Below the pieces are notes generated by a model. That model did no database searches. It was not told the origin of the DNA and worked only from the letters and a program-made list of their open reading frames with translations. From Bacillota bacterium (GTDB taxonomy: Bacteria > Bacillota > Limnochordia > Darwinibacteriales > Darwinibacteriaceae), in assembly GCA_012838305.1 (NCBI GenBank), contig DUPN01000065.1:11637-75636 (forward strand): a stretch of 64,000 bases of DNA, given 5' to 3'. Made by a program: the position numbers and the translations under genes. Shown piece by piece: positions 39,642-49,965 of the stretch; position 1 is the first letter of the stretch; the number at the start of each line of letters is the position of its first letter.

Positions 39642-40769
39642 TTATGGGCGCGCCTTCAGCGCCCTTTTAAATACGGTGGGTAGTGCAATTTCCTCCATCG
39701 TCTCCCAGGGCTGCCAGCGATACTGAATATTTTCTTCCCGGGGCAGATAGAATGGTTCTTCCAACGCATGGCAAAAAATGGTCATAAACCAATGCCGATG
39801 GGAGAATACATAGTCCATCCTGCGAACCTCCAGGGGGTCTTGTCCCTTAAGACAGGAAAGGAGCCAGTGGGATTCTTCCGCCACAGAGGGCAGAAAACGG
39901 CCTGCACCGAAGTGTGCTTCATGCCAGGGGAGCTCCCACAAGCCTTGGAGGAACCCGCCTGCAGTCCGTTTACGCAGCAGGACAAACCCCTTGGATTCTA
40001 CGAGATAGACGTGGACTTGGACTGGCAGAGGAGCTTTGGGAGCAACCTTACGGGGAAGGTCCAAGGTTCGATCCTGCAGAAATGCCTGGCAATGGCGGGA
40101 AATGGGACAGGCCTGGCAGCGGGGCTGCCTTGGCAGGCAGACTTCGGAACCCAAATCCATGAGCGCTTGGTTGAAGTCTCCCGGGCGCTGCGCTGGAATC
40201 ATGGCTTCGAATTTGGTCTGGATTTGACCTTTCGCTTTCATTCGGTTAATGGGCTCTTCGATCACAAAAAGGCGGGCCCCCACCCGGAGCAGGTTGCCGT
40301 CCATGGCCAGGATGCTTTGGGAGAAGGCCATGCTCAAGATGGCACCGCAAGTGTAGTCGCCGATGCCTGGCAGCGATCGAAGGATCCTGCGATCATCAGG
40401 AATGCGTCCCTGATGTTCAGAGGCGATAATTTGCGCCGCTTGATGGAGTCTGCGGGCCCGGGAGTAATAGCCCAGCCCCTGCCAGAAGGTGAGCGTTTCG
40501 TCTTGGGAAGCGGCGGCTAGATCCTGCAGTGTGGGGAAACGCTGCATAAACCTTTCGTAGGTGGGAAGCACCGCTTCGACCCGGGTTTGTTGCAGCATGA
40601 TCTCGGATACCAGTATGGAGTAGGGAGTGGGATTCCTTCGCCAGGGTAAATCCCGGCCGTGAAGGTCATACCACGCTAGTAGCATCTGGGTTAAAGTCAC
40701 TGTCACATTTCTCCCTTCCGTGCAGGTATTCTTTCTCGGCCAGGGAGCAGACTCCTCTTTGTCGAACAA
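39642..40769 (-). CDS. mutY: A/G-specific adenine DNA glycosylase MutY
   Basis: HhH-GPD domain, 4Fe-4S cluster loop CxxxxxxCxxCPxxxxC (CLPRQPRCQACPISRHC) and a C-terminal Nudix-like domain. 375 aa. Confidence 0.9.
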   Translation of the reverse strand: MFDKEESAPWPRKNTCTEGRNVTVTLTQMLLAWYDLHGRDLPWRRNPTPYSILVSEIMLQQTRVEAVLPTYERFMQRFPTLQDLAAASQDETLTFWQGLGYYSRARRLHQAAQIIASEHQGRIPDDRRILRSLPGIGDYTCGAILSMAFSQSILAMDGNLLRVGARLFVIEEPINRMKAKGQIQTKFEAMIPAQRPGDFNQALMDLGSEVCLPRQPRCQACPISRHCQAFLQDRTLDLPRKVAPKAPLPVQVHVYLVESKGFVLLRKRTAGGFLQGLWELPWHEAHFGAGRFLPSVAEESHWLLSCLKGQDPLEVRRMDYVFSHRHWFMTIFCHALEEPFYLPREENIQYRWQPWETMEEIALPTVFKRALKARP

Positions 40770-40808
40770 AATGTGGATGGTGGGAAATTCTATGGAGGAG
40801 GAACAGAA

Positions 40809-42035
40809 GTGAAGGCATATGAAAGACTGATTGCGTATACCAAGTATGAGGCGGCGTCGGACAGTAAGAGTGAGACTTGCCCGAGCACAGTGGAACAGTT
40901 AGATTTTGGAAGGGCTCTGGTCCAGGACATGCTGGATCTGGGAATAGAGGATGCCAATATGGATGAAAACGGCTATGTGTTTGGGACTATTCCGGCCAAT
41001 ATTGAGGGCTGGGATGGTACAGTGATCGGGTTTATCGCCCATATGGATGTGGTCCGTGATGTCCCCTTTCAGGGAGTGAAAACCCGAATTGTAAGAGACT
41101 ACGACGGCGGCGAGATCGTACTCAATGCTGAGAAAAATATCATCTTAAGTCCCCGGGAATATGATTCGCTTCAGGACTATATTGGCCAGGATCTGGTGGT
41201 CACCGATGGAACCACCCTCCTTGGGGCGGATAATCGGGCGGGGATCGCGGAAATCCTCACCATGGCCCAGGTCTTAAGGGACCATCCCGAGATCAAGCAT
41301 GGCACGATCAAGATCGGGTTTACCCCCGATGAAGAGATTGGGCGAGGGGCCGATCGCTTCGATGTGGAACGCTTTGGGGCGGATTTTGCCTACACAGTGG
41401 ATGGGGGAGGCTTTGGTGAGGTGGAGTACGAGACCTTTAACGCGGCTACCGCCAAGATCACCATCCAGGGGCAAAACATTCATCCAGGGACGGCCAAAGG
41501 AAAGATGAAAAACGCTTCTTTGCTAGCCATGGAGTTCAATACGCTCTTACCGGCAGCGGAAAGGCCGGAGCACACCGAGGGCTATGAAGGGTTCTACCAC
41601 CTGGTCGATCTACAGGGAAGTGTAGAGCACGCCACCCTCACCTACATTGTAAGGGATCATTGTGCGGTCAGGTTCCAGGAGAAGAAAGACAGGCTCAAAC
41701 GGGCGGCCGCTTGGCTTAACGACCAGTATGAAAAGGGCACTGTCTCTTTGGAGATTATCGACAGCTATGCCAATATGGAGGAGCAGATCAGGCCCCATTG
41801 GCACTTGATTGAAGTTGCCTACGAAGCGGTCAAGGAAGCTGGAGGTGAACCCCACAGCATTCCTGTCCGGGGTGGTACCGACGGAGCTCGGCTGTCGTTT
41901 ATGGGACTTCCCTGCCCCAATCTGGGAACAGGCAGCCACAATCATCACTCCAAAATGGAATATGCTTGCGTGCAGGCCATGGATGCTTGTGTGGCCACAC
42001 TGGTAAAGATTGCAGAAAAGTACGCGGTGCGCTAG
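40809..42035 (+). CDS. pepT: peptidase T (tripeptide aminopeptidase, M20B)
   Basis: M20 motifs HMDVV, GADNRAGIAEIL, DEEIG. GTG start 7 nt after GGAGGAGG. About 408 aa. Confidence 0.85.
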   Translation: MKAYERLIAYTKYEAASDSKSETCPSTVEQLDFGRALVQDMLDLGIEDANMDENGYVFGTIPANIEGWDGTVIGFIAHMDVVRDVPFQGVKTRIVRDYDGGEIVLNAEKNIILSPREYDSLQDYIGQDLVVTDGTTLLGADNRAGIAEILTMAQVLRDHPEIKHGTIKIGFTPDEEIGRGADRFDVERFGADFAYTVDGGGFGEVEYETFNAATAKITIQGQNIHPGTAKGKMKNASLLAMEFNTLLPAAERPEHTEGYEGFYHLVDLQGSVEHATLTYIVRDHCAVRFQEKKDRLKRAAAWLNDQYEKGTVSLEIIDSYANMEEQIRPHWHLIEVAYEAVKEAGGEPHSIPVRGGTDGARLSFMGLPCPNLGTGSHNHHSKMEYACVQAMDACVATLVKIAEKYAVR

Positions 42036-42065
42036 CGGGCCACAGCCACGGGAGTTGGTGCCATC

Positions 42066-42869
42066 ATGGGTCATGTTGACCAAAGATTGAAGGGTAAGGC
42101 GGTTTTGATCACAGGGGCCTCGGGGGGTCTTGGTGAACAAGTGGCCTATGAAGCGGCGCGCCGAGGAGCCGTAGTGATCGGCGCAGCTAGGGGAGGAGAC
42201 CGCCTGAACGAGGTCAGAGAACGATGTACCGAGCTCTCTGGAGGCCCCGCCTATGCTTATCTGCTTGATGTCGGGGATAGTCGGCAAGTATCCAAGGTGC
42301 TGCCGGAAATCATGAACGAAGTGGGGCCCATTGATGTCTTGGTGAACAATGCAGGTTTTGGCTTGTTTGAGCAGGCATTAGATACGCCCCAGAACACAAC
42401 GGAGGACATGTTTCGCGTCAATGTGCTCGGTCTCATTCAGATTACCCAGAGCATTGCCTTGGAGATGCGCAGACGTCGGACAGGCCATATCATCAACATT
42501 TCCTCCCAAGCCGGAAAAGTGGCCACACCGAAGTCGGCGGTCTATGCCGCGACCAAATTCGCAGTGCGAGGCTACTCCGATGCGCTCCGCCTGGAACTGG
42601 GACCCTATGGTATCCATGTGACCACAGTGAACCCTGGGCCCATTGCCACGGAATTCTTTAGTAAGGCGGACAAGGATTCCTCCTACCTGGCTAAGCTGGA
42701 CCGCTGGGTCCTGGATCCGCAGGTTGTGGCTGGCAAGATTGTGGCCAGCATGCTAACTAGGAAGCGGGAGATCAACTTGCCTCTCGTGATGGAGGTGGGT
42801 ACGCGGTTGTATGTTCTTTTTCCCCGCCTTGGTGATTATCTGGCCAGCACATTATTTAATTGGAAATGA
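42066..42869 (+). CDS. SDR family oxidoreductase
   Basis: TGASGGLG cofactor motif, NNAG, catalytic YxxxK (YAATK). Confidence 0.85.
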   Translation: MGHVDQRLKGKAVLITGASGGLGEQVAYEAARRGAVVIGAARGGDRLNEVRERCTELSGGPAYAYLLDVGDSRQVSKVLPEIMNEVGPIDVLVNNAGFGLFEQALDTPQNTTEDMFRVNVLGLIQITQSIALEMRRRRTGHIINISSQAGKVATPKSAVYAATKFAVRGYSDALRLELGPYGIHVTTVNPGPIATEFFSKADKDSSYLAKLDRWVLDPQVVAGKIVASMLTRKREINLPLVMEVGTRLYVLFPRLGDYLASTLFNWK

Positions 42870-42881
42870 GGGATTGGGCCG

Positions 42882-43664
42882 TTGGTAGCAAAGAGACTGG
42901 ATCCTCCCCTGAAGTGGGCGGGGGGGAAGAGGTGGCTTCTGCCCCGTTTGAGGGCTTTCTGGGAATCCTATACTGAAGGACGATTGGTGGAACCTTTTTG
43001 CGGCGGGTTGGCTGTGGCTTTGGGACTAGCGCCCAACAAGGCTCTGCTGAATGACATTAATCCCCACCTACTCAACTTCTATCACTGGCTGCAGCGGGGA
43101 TTGAGCATCTCCCTGGAAATGACCAATGAGAAGGATCTTTACTATCAATACCGGGCCCGGTTCAATGCCCTGATCAAGGAGGAAAAGGCAAACAGTCAGG
43201 AAGCGGCGGAGCTCTTTTACTACCTCAACCGCACCGGTTATAATGGGCTGTGCCGCTTTAACCAGAAGGGCGAATTCAATGTCCCCTTTGGCCGCTACAG
43301 ACGAATCAACTACCAAAGGGATTTTCGAGACTTCCGCCCCTTACTGCAGAGGTGGGAGTTTCAGACCGGGGACTTCCGCCGCCTTAAACTGAGAAGTGAG
43401 GACTTCGTCTACGCCGATCCTCCCTATGATGTGGAATTCACGCAATATGCCAGCCAGGGGTTTACCTGGGATGACCAGGTGCGCCTCGCAAGATGGCTAG
43501 CCCAGCATAAGGGGCCCGTGGTAGCATCAAATCAAGCAACAGGGAGGATTGTGGAGCTGTATTCTAATTTGGGCTTTAAGCTATCTGTCCTAGAGGCGCC
43601 CCGGCGCATCTCTTGTACGGGGGATCGTACTCCCGCACAAGAGATCCTGGCCACGAATTTCTAA
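42882..43664 (+). CDS. Dam-family (D12 class) N6-adenine DNA methyltransferase, apparently orphan
   Basis: N-terminal motif I LKWAGGKRWLLP and catalytic DPPY. 260 aa. No adjacent restriction endonuclease-like ORF. Confidence 0.8.
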   Translation: MVAKRLDPPLKWAGGKRWLLPRLRAFWESYTEGRLVEPFCGGLAVALGLAPNKALLNDINPHLLNFYHWLQRGLSISLEMTNEKDLYYQYRARFNALIKEEKANSQEAAELFYYLNRTGYNGLCRFNQKGEFNVPFGRYRRINYQRDFRDFRPLLQRWEFQTGDFRRLKLRSEDFVYADPPYDVEFTQYASQGFTWDDQVRLARWLAQHKGPVVASNQATGRIVELYSNLGFKLSVLEAPRRISCTGDRTPAQEILATNF

Positions 43665-43731
43665 CTAATGGAGGATTCGAGTCACCCCTTGTCTATGATC
43701 GTTTGCAGATGCAAATCTGATAGACTAAGGG

Positions 43732-46149
43732 GTGATTTTGGTGAAGAGGATCTATCGTCTAGGTGTGTTGGCGTTGGTATTGAGTTTGTTTGTTGTTGGC
43801 TGTTTGGGGGGAGGCAGCAAGGAGTATAGCGTTTCCGGGATCATCGTGGACGGGACCGGTCTTGGCCTTGGAGGTGTAAAACTTGTTTTGGAAGGAGCCA
43901 AGATTTCTCTGCTTGCGGAAACAGCAGAGGATGGGACCTGGAGTGTCCAGGGTCTGAAGGGGAAAGTCACGATCACTCCCACGAAAGCCGGGTGGTCCTT
44001 CGCACCGGGCAGCCGAGAGGTGACGAAGGCGAATAAGGCGGCCAATTTCGCAGCCTCGCAGCAGGAATATGCCGCTTCTGGGTTCGTATTGGACGCTTTG
44101 GATATCGGGATTGCCGATGTGGAAATGACCCTGGAGGGAGCAGGCATCACATCAAGTACTACCACAGCTGAAGACGGCTCATGGAGTGCGGCGGGATTGA
44201 AGGGGATCGTCAAGGTTACTCCGAAGAAAGAGGGGTGGTTCTTTAGTCCAGTCTCCCAGGACGTCAGCCCAGAGAATCCTGCAGCTGACTTCAGAGGGGC
44301 CAAAGGCGAAGGGCTGACCATCCTCATCGATGGGAACGGCACCGTCCGTCGTGACGAAGTGTTCTCCCCCATGAGCGTGGACCTTTATCCCCGCACCACC
44401 CAGGTGCAGTTAACGGCCGAGCCAGATTTTGATTGGTTCTTTGTGCGCTGGGAAGGGGATGTACCAGAGGGAGAGGAGGAGCAGAATCCCATCATCGTCA
44501 CTTTGGACGATCCGCTGGAGCTCACTGCGGTTTTTCAGGCGAAAACCCGGGTGAATGGTTATATTGGCCTCAGTCACAACTTTCCTGTCGCGGGTGAACA
44601 GATGGGGGATGCAGGAAGTTCTGCGGCAGCGGTTCGAACCCTAAAAGCCGAAGGACCCCAGCCCGGCGGGTCGGAACTCTCTGGTGAGACCTATCCTGAA
44701 AATGAGAGGATTGTCACCTTCGACGCGTCTCTCTCCCGGATGGAACAGGAACAGCGACTGCGCTTGGCGGGCTATGAGATTTTGGATACCATCGAAGTTC
44801 TCAACGCCCACTTGGTGCGATCTACATCGAGGGAAGGGGCAGAGGTTGTCGGGGATGTAAGTGGTGTGCTTTCGGTCTACAAGAACTATGATTTCTACTT
44901 AACAGAGCTGAAGATGCCCGATGATCCATATTACCCAGGCTATCAATGGCACTATGATCAAATCCGTCTTCCCCAGGCTTGGGCTGTAACTACGGGCGAT
45001 AGAAACATTCGCGTGGCTGTTATTGATACGGGCATTAGTACAGAACACCAGGATTTGGCGGCCAATGTCAACCTGGATTTAGGCGTGAGCTTTGTGATCG
45101 GCGAAGACATCACGGACATCGAAGATGACCATGGACATGGCAGCCACGTCTCCGGTACTATTGGCGCGGTTACGAATAATGGCATGGGTATGGCTGGGAT
45201 TATGTGGGAAGTGGAGATCATTCCAGTTAGGGTGTTTGATGCCAGCGGCCGGGGTTCCACTTGGGCCGTGGTCAATGGCATGCTCTATGCAGCAGGCTTG
45301 CTGGATGATCAAGAGGATAAACCCTCCATCGGCCGACCCGCTGATGTAGTCAATATGTCTTTAGGTGGTCCTGGAAGCGAGTTTCAGCAAGACGCCGTGG
45401 AAAGAGCGGCGGCCAATGGTGTGATTTTGGTGGCGGCCACAGGAAATGAGTACCGTAACCTGATCTCCTACCCAGCACAATACGACCAAGTGATTGCCGT
45501 TGGTGCAACCGGCTATAGCGATCAGGAAGAGCCGGAACTTGCTGACTATTCCAATACGGGTATGGCAATCGATGTTGTGGCACCTGGCGGCGGCGTTGTT
45601 CAAGGAGTTCCCTTTGGCTATGTGTGGAGTACCTGGCCTGGAGGGTACTATGGTTCGGCTGGCACGTCCATGGCTACACCCCATGTCACAGGTGTAATTG
45701 GTTTGATGCTGGCCAATGGTATTCCCAAGAATGAGGTGCGGGATGTCCTCCATCGCACCAGTATGGAAATTCATGTCCGGGGCTTTAGCGATACCTATGG
45801 TTATGGCCTGGTCAATGCCTATTGGGCCGTGAACGCGGTAGAAGAAATGCGCATCATTCAGGGTCGGCGCGATGGCGATCAAATTACAGCGGTTGCAGAG
45901 ACGACGGTGCCGGCCAAAGGCGAACAGTTCCGGCTCGAACTGGCCCAGGGTGAATATCAATTGATCGCTTGGGTAGATGTGAATGGCAATGGTGTAGTCG
46001 ATACCAGCGACTATTACACAGAGACGGAGCTGATTGAGTTCGGATATGGAGAAGGATGGAGTTGGTGGGGGAGTGCTTCCGAAGTGGGTGACATGACAGA
46101 TCTGCCCATTCCCGTAGCTGAAGACCCCGCATTAAGCAGAGAATTCTAG
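43732..46149 (+). CDS. S8 family subtilisin-like serine peptidase lipoprotein with two N-terminal carboxypeptidase-regulatory-like repeats
   Basis: Lipobox-like LFVVGC. Catalytic D (VIDTGIS), H (HGHGSHVSG) and S (GTSMATPHVTG). Tandem ~80 aa repeats in the N-terminus. Confidence 0.85.
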   Translation: MILVKRIYRLGVLALVLSLFVVGCLGGGSKEYSVSGIIVDGTGLGLGGVKLVLEGAKISLLAETAEDGTWSVQGLKGKVTITPTKAGWSFAPGSREVTKANKAANFAASQQEYAASGFVLDALDIGIADVEMTLEGAGITSSTTTAEDGSWSAAGLKGIVKVTPKKEGWFFSPVSQDVSPENPAADFRGAKGEGLTILIDGNGTVRRDEVFSPMSVDLYPRTTQVQLTAEPDFDWFFVRWEGDVPEGEEEQNPIIVTLDDPLELTAVFQAKTRVNGYIGLSHNFPVAGEQMGDAGSSAAAVRTLKAEGPQPGGSELSGETYPENERIVTFDASLSRMEQEQRLRLAGYEILDTIEVLNAHLVRSTSREGAEVVGDVSGVLSVYKNYDFYLTELKMPDDPYYPGYQWHYDQIRLPQAWAVTTGDRNIRVAVIDTGISTEHQDLAANVNLDLGVSFVIGEDITDIEDDHGHGSHVSGTIGAVTNNGMGMAGIMWEVEIIPVRVFDASGRGSTWAVVNGMLYAAGLLDDQEDKPSIGRPADVVNMSLGGPGSEFQQDAVERAAANGVILVAATGNEYRNLISYPAQYDQVIAVGATGYSDQEEPELADYSNTGMAIDVVAPGGGVVQGVPFGYVWSTWPGGYYGSAGTSMATPHVTGVIGLMLANGIPKNEVRDVLHRTSMEIHVRGFSDTYGYGLVNAYWAVNAVEEMRIIQGRRDGDQITAVAETTVPAKGEQFRLELAQGEYQLIAWVDVNGNGVVDTSDYYTETELIEFGYGEGWSWWGSASEVGDMTDLPIPVAEDPALSREF
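43837..44302 (+). repeat. tandem duplicated domain-coding segment (2 x ~80 codons) inside the S8 peptidase gene
   Basis: Protein repeats G(I/F)(I/V)(V/L)D...LEGA.I......TAEDG(T/S)WS..GLKG.V..TP.K.GW.F.P.S..V are visible in the translation. Confidence 0.5.
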
Positions 46150-46286
46150 CTGTATAGCTCCACAAATAGCAGCAGCGCATCTCTGCACGCAAGGCTCCGC
46201 ACCTGGGGGCCTTGCTTTTTTGAAGGAAAAACGCCATCGGCCCCGAAAGATTCAAGCAGGCAAAAACAAGGCGAAGGAGGACCCCT

Positions 46287-46835
46287 ATGGCGCACCTGTA
46301 TGGAAAAAAGGTGATGTTGCGGGAGTACCGCGCAGAGGATTATGAGCATATGCGAAGATGGGTGAATAATCCCAGAATTGTGGAGACTCTCTCCGACATT
46401 TTCCTCTATCCCCATTCGGAACAGAACACTCGGAAGTTTTTGGAGATGGCCACTGGGCGCGATTGGACCGGATTTGTGATCGCCCATGCCCATAGCGGGG
46501 AGTACATCGGCCAAATCGACTTTGTGAAGCTTGATCACAAAAACGGCTTCGGTGAGCTGGGAATTGTGATCGGGCAAGAAGAAGACCACGGCAAGGGCTA
46601 TGGGACGGAGGCGCTGCAGCTCCTGTGCAGATTTGCCTTTGAACAGCTGCGCCTAAATCGCGTCGAGCTTGTCTGTTGGTCTTTTAACACTGGGGCGAGG
46701 TATGTCTACGAGAAAGTGGGCTTTGTCCAGGAAGGAGTGCGGCGAAAAAAACGGTATCGTAACGGTGCCTTCCATGATGAGATCTGCTATGGACTGTTGA
46801 AAGAGGAATGGGAGAAGCAATCAGGAGGATACTGA
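46287..46835 (+). CDS. GNAT family N-acetyltransferase (RimL-like)
   Basis: 182 aa with the GNAT acetyl-CoA-binding region (GKGYGTEALQLLCRFAF). Confidence 0.8.
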   Translation: MAHLYGKKVMLREYRAEDYEHMRRWVNNPRIVETLSDIFLYPHSEQNTRKFLEMATGRDWTGFVIAHAHSGEYIGQIDFVKLDHKNGFGELGIVIGQEEDHGKGYGTEALQLLCRFAFEQLRLNRVELVCWSFNTGARYVYEKVGFVQEGVRRKKRYRNGAFHDEICYGLLKEEWEKQSGGY

Positions 46836-46837
46836 CT

Positions 46838-49318
46838 ATGGGCATCAGCGAGCTCATGGACCTGTTGACGCTGGATGAAAAAATTGCTTTGGTCTCGGGA
46901 GCGGATCAATGGCATACTGCGGAGATACCTCGTTTGGGTATTCCGAGCATCATGGTCTCCGATGGACCCCATGGTTTGCGAAAACAGGCGACAGAAGGGG
47001 ATCATCTCGGAATTGGCACGAGTCTTCCAGCCACTTGTTTCCCTCCCGCTGCCGCCAGCGCTAACTCCTGGGATCCAGAACTGCTTTTCCGAATGGGCAG
47101 AGCCATTGGAGAAGAGGCCCTGCAAGCAGGAGTTTCTATCGTGCTGGGCCCAGGAGTGAACATCAAGCGCTCTCCCTTGTGCGGCCGAAATTTTGAGTAT
47201 TTTTCGGAGGATCCCTGGCTCACAGGGAAGTTGGCTGCAGCCTGGATTGAAGGGATCCAGTCTGTTGGCGTGGGGGCTTGTATCAAACACTTCGCCGCCA
47301 ACAACCAGGAGCGTTGGCGGATGCTCAATGACTCCCTCGTCGATGAGCGCGCTTTGCGAGAAATTTATCTGGCCGCCTTTGAACAAGCTGTGCAGGCCGC
47401 CAAGCCTTGGGCTTTGATGCCAGCCTACAATAAACTCAATGGCCTTTATTGCTGTGAAAACCCGCGCTTACTCCAGACCATTTTGCGCCAAGAATGGGGT
47501 TTTAGAGGTGCCACTATATCCGATTGGGGTGCCGTCAACGATCCCGGTTTGAGCATTGCTGCTGGTTTGGATCTGGAGATGCCTGCTTCCCACGGGGTTA
47601 GTGCCAAAGTGCTGCGGGATGATCTAGACTCTGGGCGATTGACTGAAGCCGCGCTCAACCAATCTGTGCGCCGTGTTTTGACCTTGGTCTCGCAGGCACA
47701 GATGCAAAAACGCGAGCATAACTGCGATCTTGATGCGCATCATGTCCTCGCTCGGAAAATTGCCGCGGAATCGGCTGTTCTACTCAAAAACGAAGGCGGG
47801 ATCTTGCCTCTGAGCAAGCAGAAAACCATAGCCATCTTGGGGCAATTTGCAAAACAGCCTCGCTACCAGGGATCCGGCAGCTCCTTGATTAATCCAACCA
47901 GATTGGATACCATCTTGGACCTTGTCCAGCTCGAAGGTGTGAAGTTCACCTATGCTCCAGGTTATGATCTGCATGATGACGGGGTCAATGAAGCCCTAAT
48001 CGCCAAAGCCTGCCAAGCGGCGCGGGAGGCCGATCTGGCCGTGATTTTTGCCGGCCTGACCGCGAGGTTTGAGTCGGAAGGATATGACCGTGACCATCTA
48101 GAACTGCCACCTAGCCACAACGAACTGATCCGCCGGGTGGCAGAGATCAATTCCCGCGTGGTTGTGGTTCTGTCCGGCGGAGCGCCTGTGAGCATGCCTT
48201 GGCTCCCGCAGGTGCAGGCCGTCTTGCACACCTATTTGGGCGGACAAGGAGGGGCGGGTGCCGCTTTGGATCTGCTCTTCGGCCGTGTAAATCCGTCAGG
48301 GAAGCTGGCCGAAACATATCCGCTCCAGATTGGGGATTGCCTGGCCACGCAGTATTTTGCCACTAGCAGGGAACGAACAGAGTATAGGGAGAGTGTCTTT
48401 GTTGGCTACCGTTATTATGATGCGGCCTCTAAGGATGTAGCCTTCCCCTTTGGCTATGGCTTGAGTTATACCCAATTTAGGTACGACGATTTGACCCTGT
48501 CCTCGAAGCAACTTCTGGACACCGAGTCTCTGAGGGTACGTTGTCAGATAACGAACATAGGTGCTGTAGCAGGGGCCGAGATCGTTCAGCTCTATGTAGG
48601 CAAGGCAAATTCCCCGCTCTTTCGAGCGCCGAAGGAGCTTAGGGCTTTCCAGAAAGTTCACTTAGCGCCTGGTGAGTCCCGGGTGGTAGAGTTTGTGCTG
48701 GATTTTTCAGCGTGGTCCTACTACAATGCGGAGCTTGGCGACTGGCATGTGGAGACAGGGGAGTATCATATTCTGGTGGGGACGTCGTCTCGTGATCTCC
48801 CCCTCGGCACCACTGTTTATGTGGAGTCAAGGAATACTTCCATCGCTGTGCCTGACTTTCGAGATAGGGCACCGACCTATTACAGTCTGGACGTATCCTC
48901 GGGGATTTCCGCCGGCGAGTTTGAGGCCGTTTATGGAACAACCTTTCCCCAATCGAATCCAGGAGGTCGACGCTTCCACCGTAACTCCACGCTGCAGGAT
49001 CTCCAGACAGCACTGTTGGGACGTCTCGTGATCGTCTTCGCTAAGAGGTATTTATGGAAAATGACGGGTGCCACCGATCCCCTGGATCCTCTGTGGAAGA
49101 TGACCTGGATCAGTACACTGGAAATGCCCCTCCGCTCTATTGTAGCCATGAGCGGTGGAACGATTCGACCGAAATTGGTTGAGGGACTCTTGGCCTGGGC
49201 CAATGGTGAGCGCTGGAATGCTCTAAAACTGTGGTGCTCCAGGGATTCCAAGACAAAAAAACCCCGGGGCCATGGCCCCAGGGATGGGCAGGGTTTTTCT
49301 AGAAAACCAGGTGAATAG
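46838..49318 (+). CDS. glycoside hydrolase family 3 beta-glucosidase (BglX-like)
   Basis: GH3 N-terminal domain (GFRGATISDW, the Asp nucleophile region), C-terminal alpha/beta sandwich and Fn3-like domain. Start ATG at 46838 after AGGAGG. Confidence 0.9.
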   Translation: MGISELMDLLTLDEKIALVSGADQWHTAEIPRLGIPSIMVSDGPHGLRKQATEGDHLGIGTSLPATCFPPAAASANSWDPELLFRMGRAIGEEALQAGVSIVLGPGVNIKRSPLCGRNFEYFSEDPWLTGKLAAAWIEGIQSVGVGACIKHFAANNQERWRMLNDSLVDERALREIYLAAFEQAVQAAKPWALMPAYNKLNGLYCCENPRLLQTILRQEWGFRGATISDWGAVNDPGLSIAAGLDLEMPASHGVSAKVLRDDLDSGRLTEAALNQSVRRVLTLVSQAQMQKREHNCDLDAHHVLARKIAAESAVLLKNEGGILPLSKQKTIAILGQFAKQPRYQGSGSSLINPTRLDTILDLVQLEGVKFTYAPGYDLHDDGVNEALIAKACQAAREADLAVIFAGLTARFESEGYDRDHLELPPSHNELIRRVAEINSRVVVVLSGGAPVSMPWLPQVQAVLHTYLGGQGGAGAALDLLFGRVNPSGKLAETYPLQIGDCLATQYFATSRERTEYRESVFVGYRYYDAASKDVAFPFGYGLSYTQFRYDDLTLSSKQLLDTESLRVRCQITNIGAVAGAEIVQLYVGKANSPLFRAPKELRAFQKVHLAPGESRVVEFVLDFSAWSYYNAELGDWHVETGEYHILVGTSSRDLPLGTTVYVESRNTSIAVPDFRDRAPTYYSLDVSSGISAGEFEAVYGTTFPQSNPGGRRFHRNSTLQDLQTALLGRLVIVFAKRYLWKMTGATDPLDPLWKMTWISTLEMPLRSIVAMSGGTIRPKLVEGLLAWANGERWNALKLWCSRDSKTKKPRGHGPRDGQGFSRKPGE

Positions 49319-49965
49319 GTAGATCTCGATGGACAGACTCGGCAAACGGGCTATGCTTTTGGCGAGGATGCTTCTCCCAACGGAAGAACCTCTGGATCTG
49401 GTTCCCCTTATCCATACTCCGGGTGATAGACACGACGCTCGAGTGACGTTCCAAGTTCCTTTTCATGATCAATCTCCTCTCGATACACAGATTTAGGGAA
49501 AGAAAAAAGCGTTTGGCTCTGAAGCCCTTGGCCTCAGTGACAATACGCTTGGTGTACTCCTGCGAGGTTAGCTGACGGGTTAGGACGCCCAAGTCGCCCC
49601 TCCTGCTTTCAGCAAGATTCACCCCAAAAGATTGGTTCCCCCGCTCCCTTAACGGTCTTCGGAGATTTCAACTAAATTGTAACATTGCTAGCAAGACATG
49701 TCAATACTGTTAGTAATCATTCTCGTTTCGTAAAGTTTATGTCATGAATCTCGGCTTTTGGGGGCTTTGTGCCCTGCAGAGTCAGAAATACATCGGAACG
49801 AAGGGCCAGAAGAGCGAAATCCTTCCTCAGCCTTGGCACATTGTCTTAGAAACCCGGAAAAGATTCTTCGGAAATCCGCCCCAAGGCGGAGAGTTCAACC
49901 AACTTAAGCCGCTTTGGTGTCCCTTTGGCAACTGGTAGAATGGATGCATCAAGGCAAGATGGGGG

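Noticed and set aside
39654-39676. GGGCGCGCCTTCAGCGCCC-TTTT hairpin after the nitroreductase gene
   Set aside because: It lies inside the 3' coding end of convergent mutY. It may act as a terminator for the nitroreductase gene, but I did not call it because of the coding overlap.
49299-49622. 107 aa minus-strand ORF downstream of the GH3 gene
   Set aside because: No RBS, no recognisable motifs, and it overlaps the GH3 3' end. I kept the region as an unassigned finding rather than a CDS.
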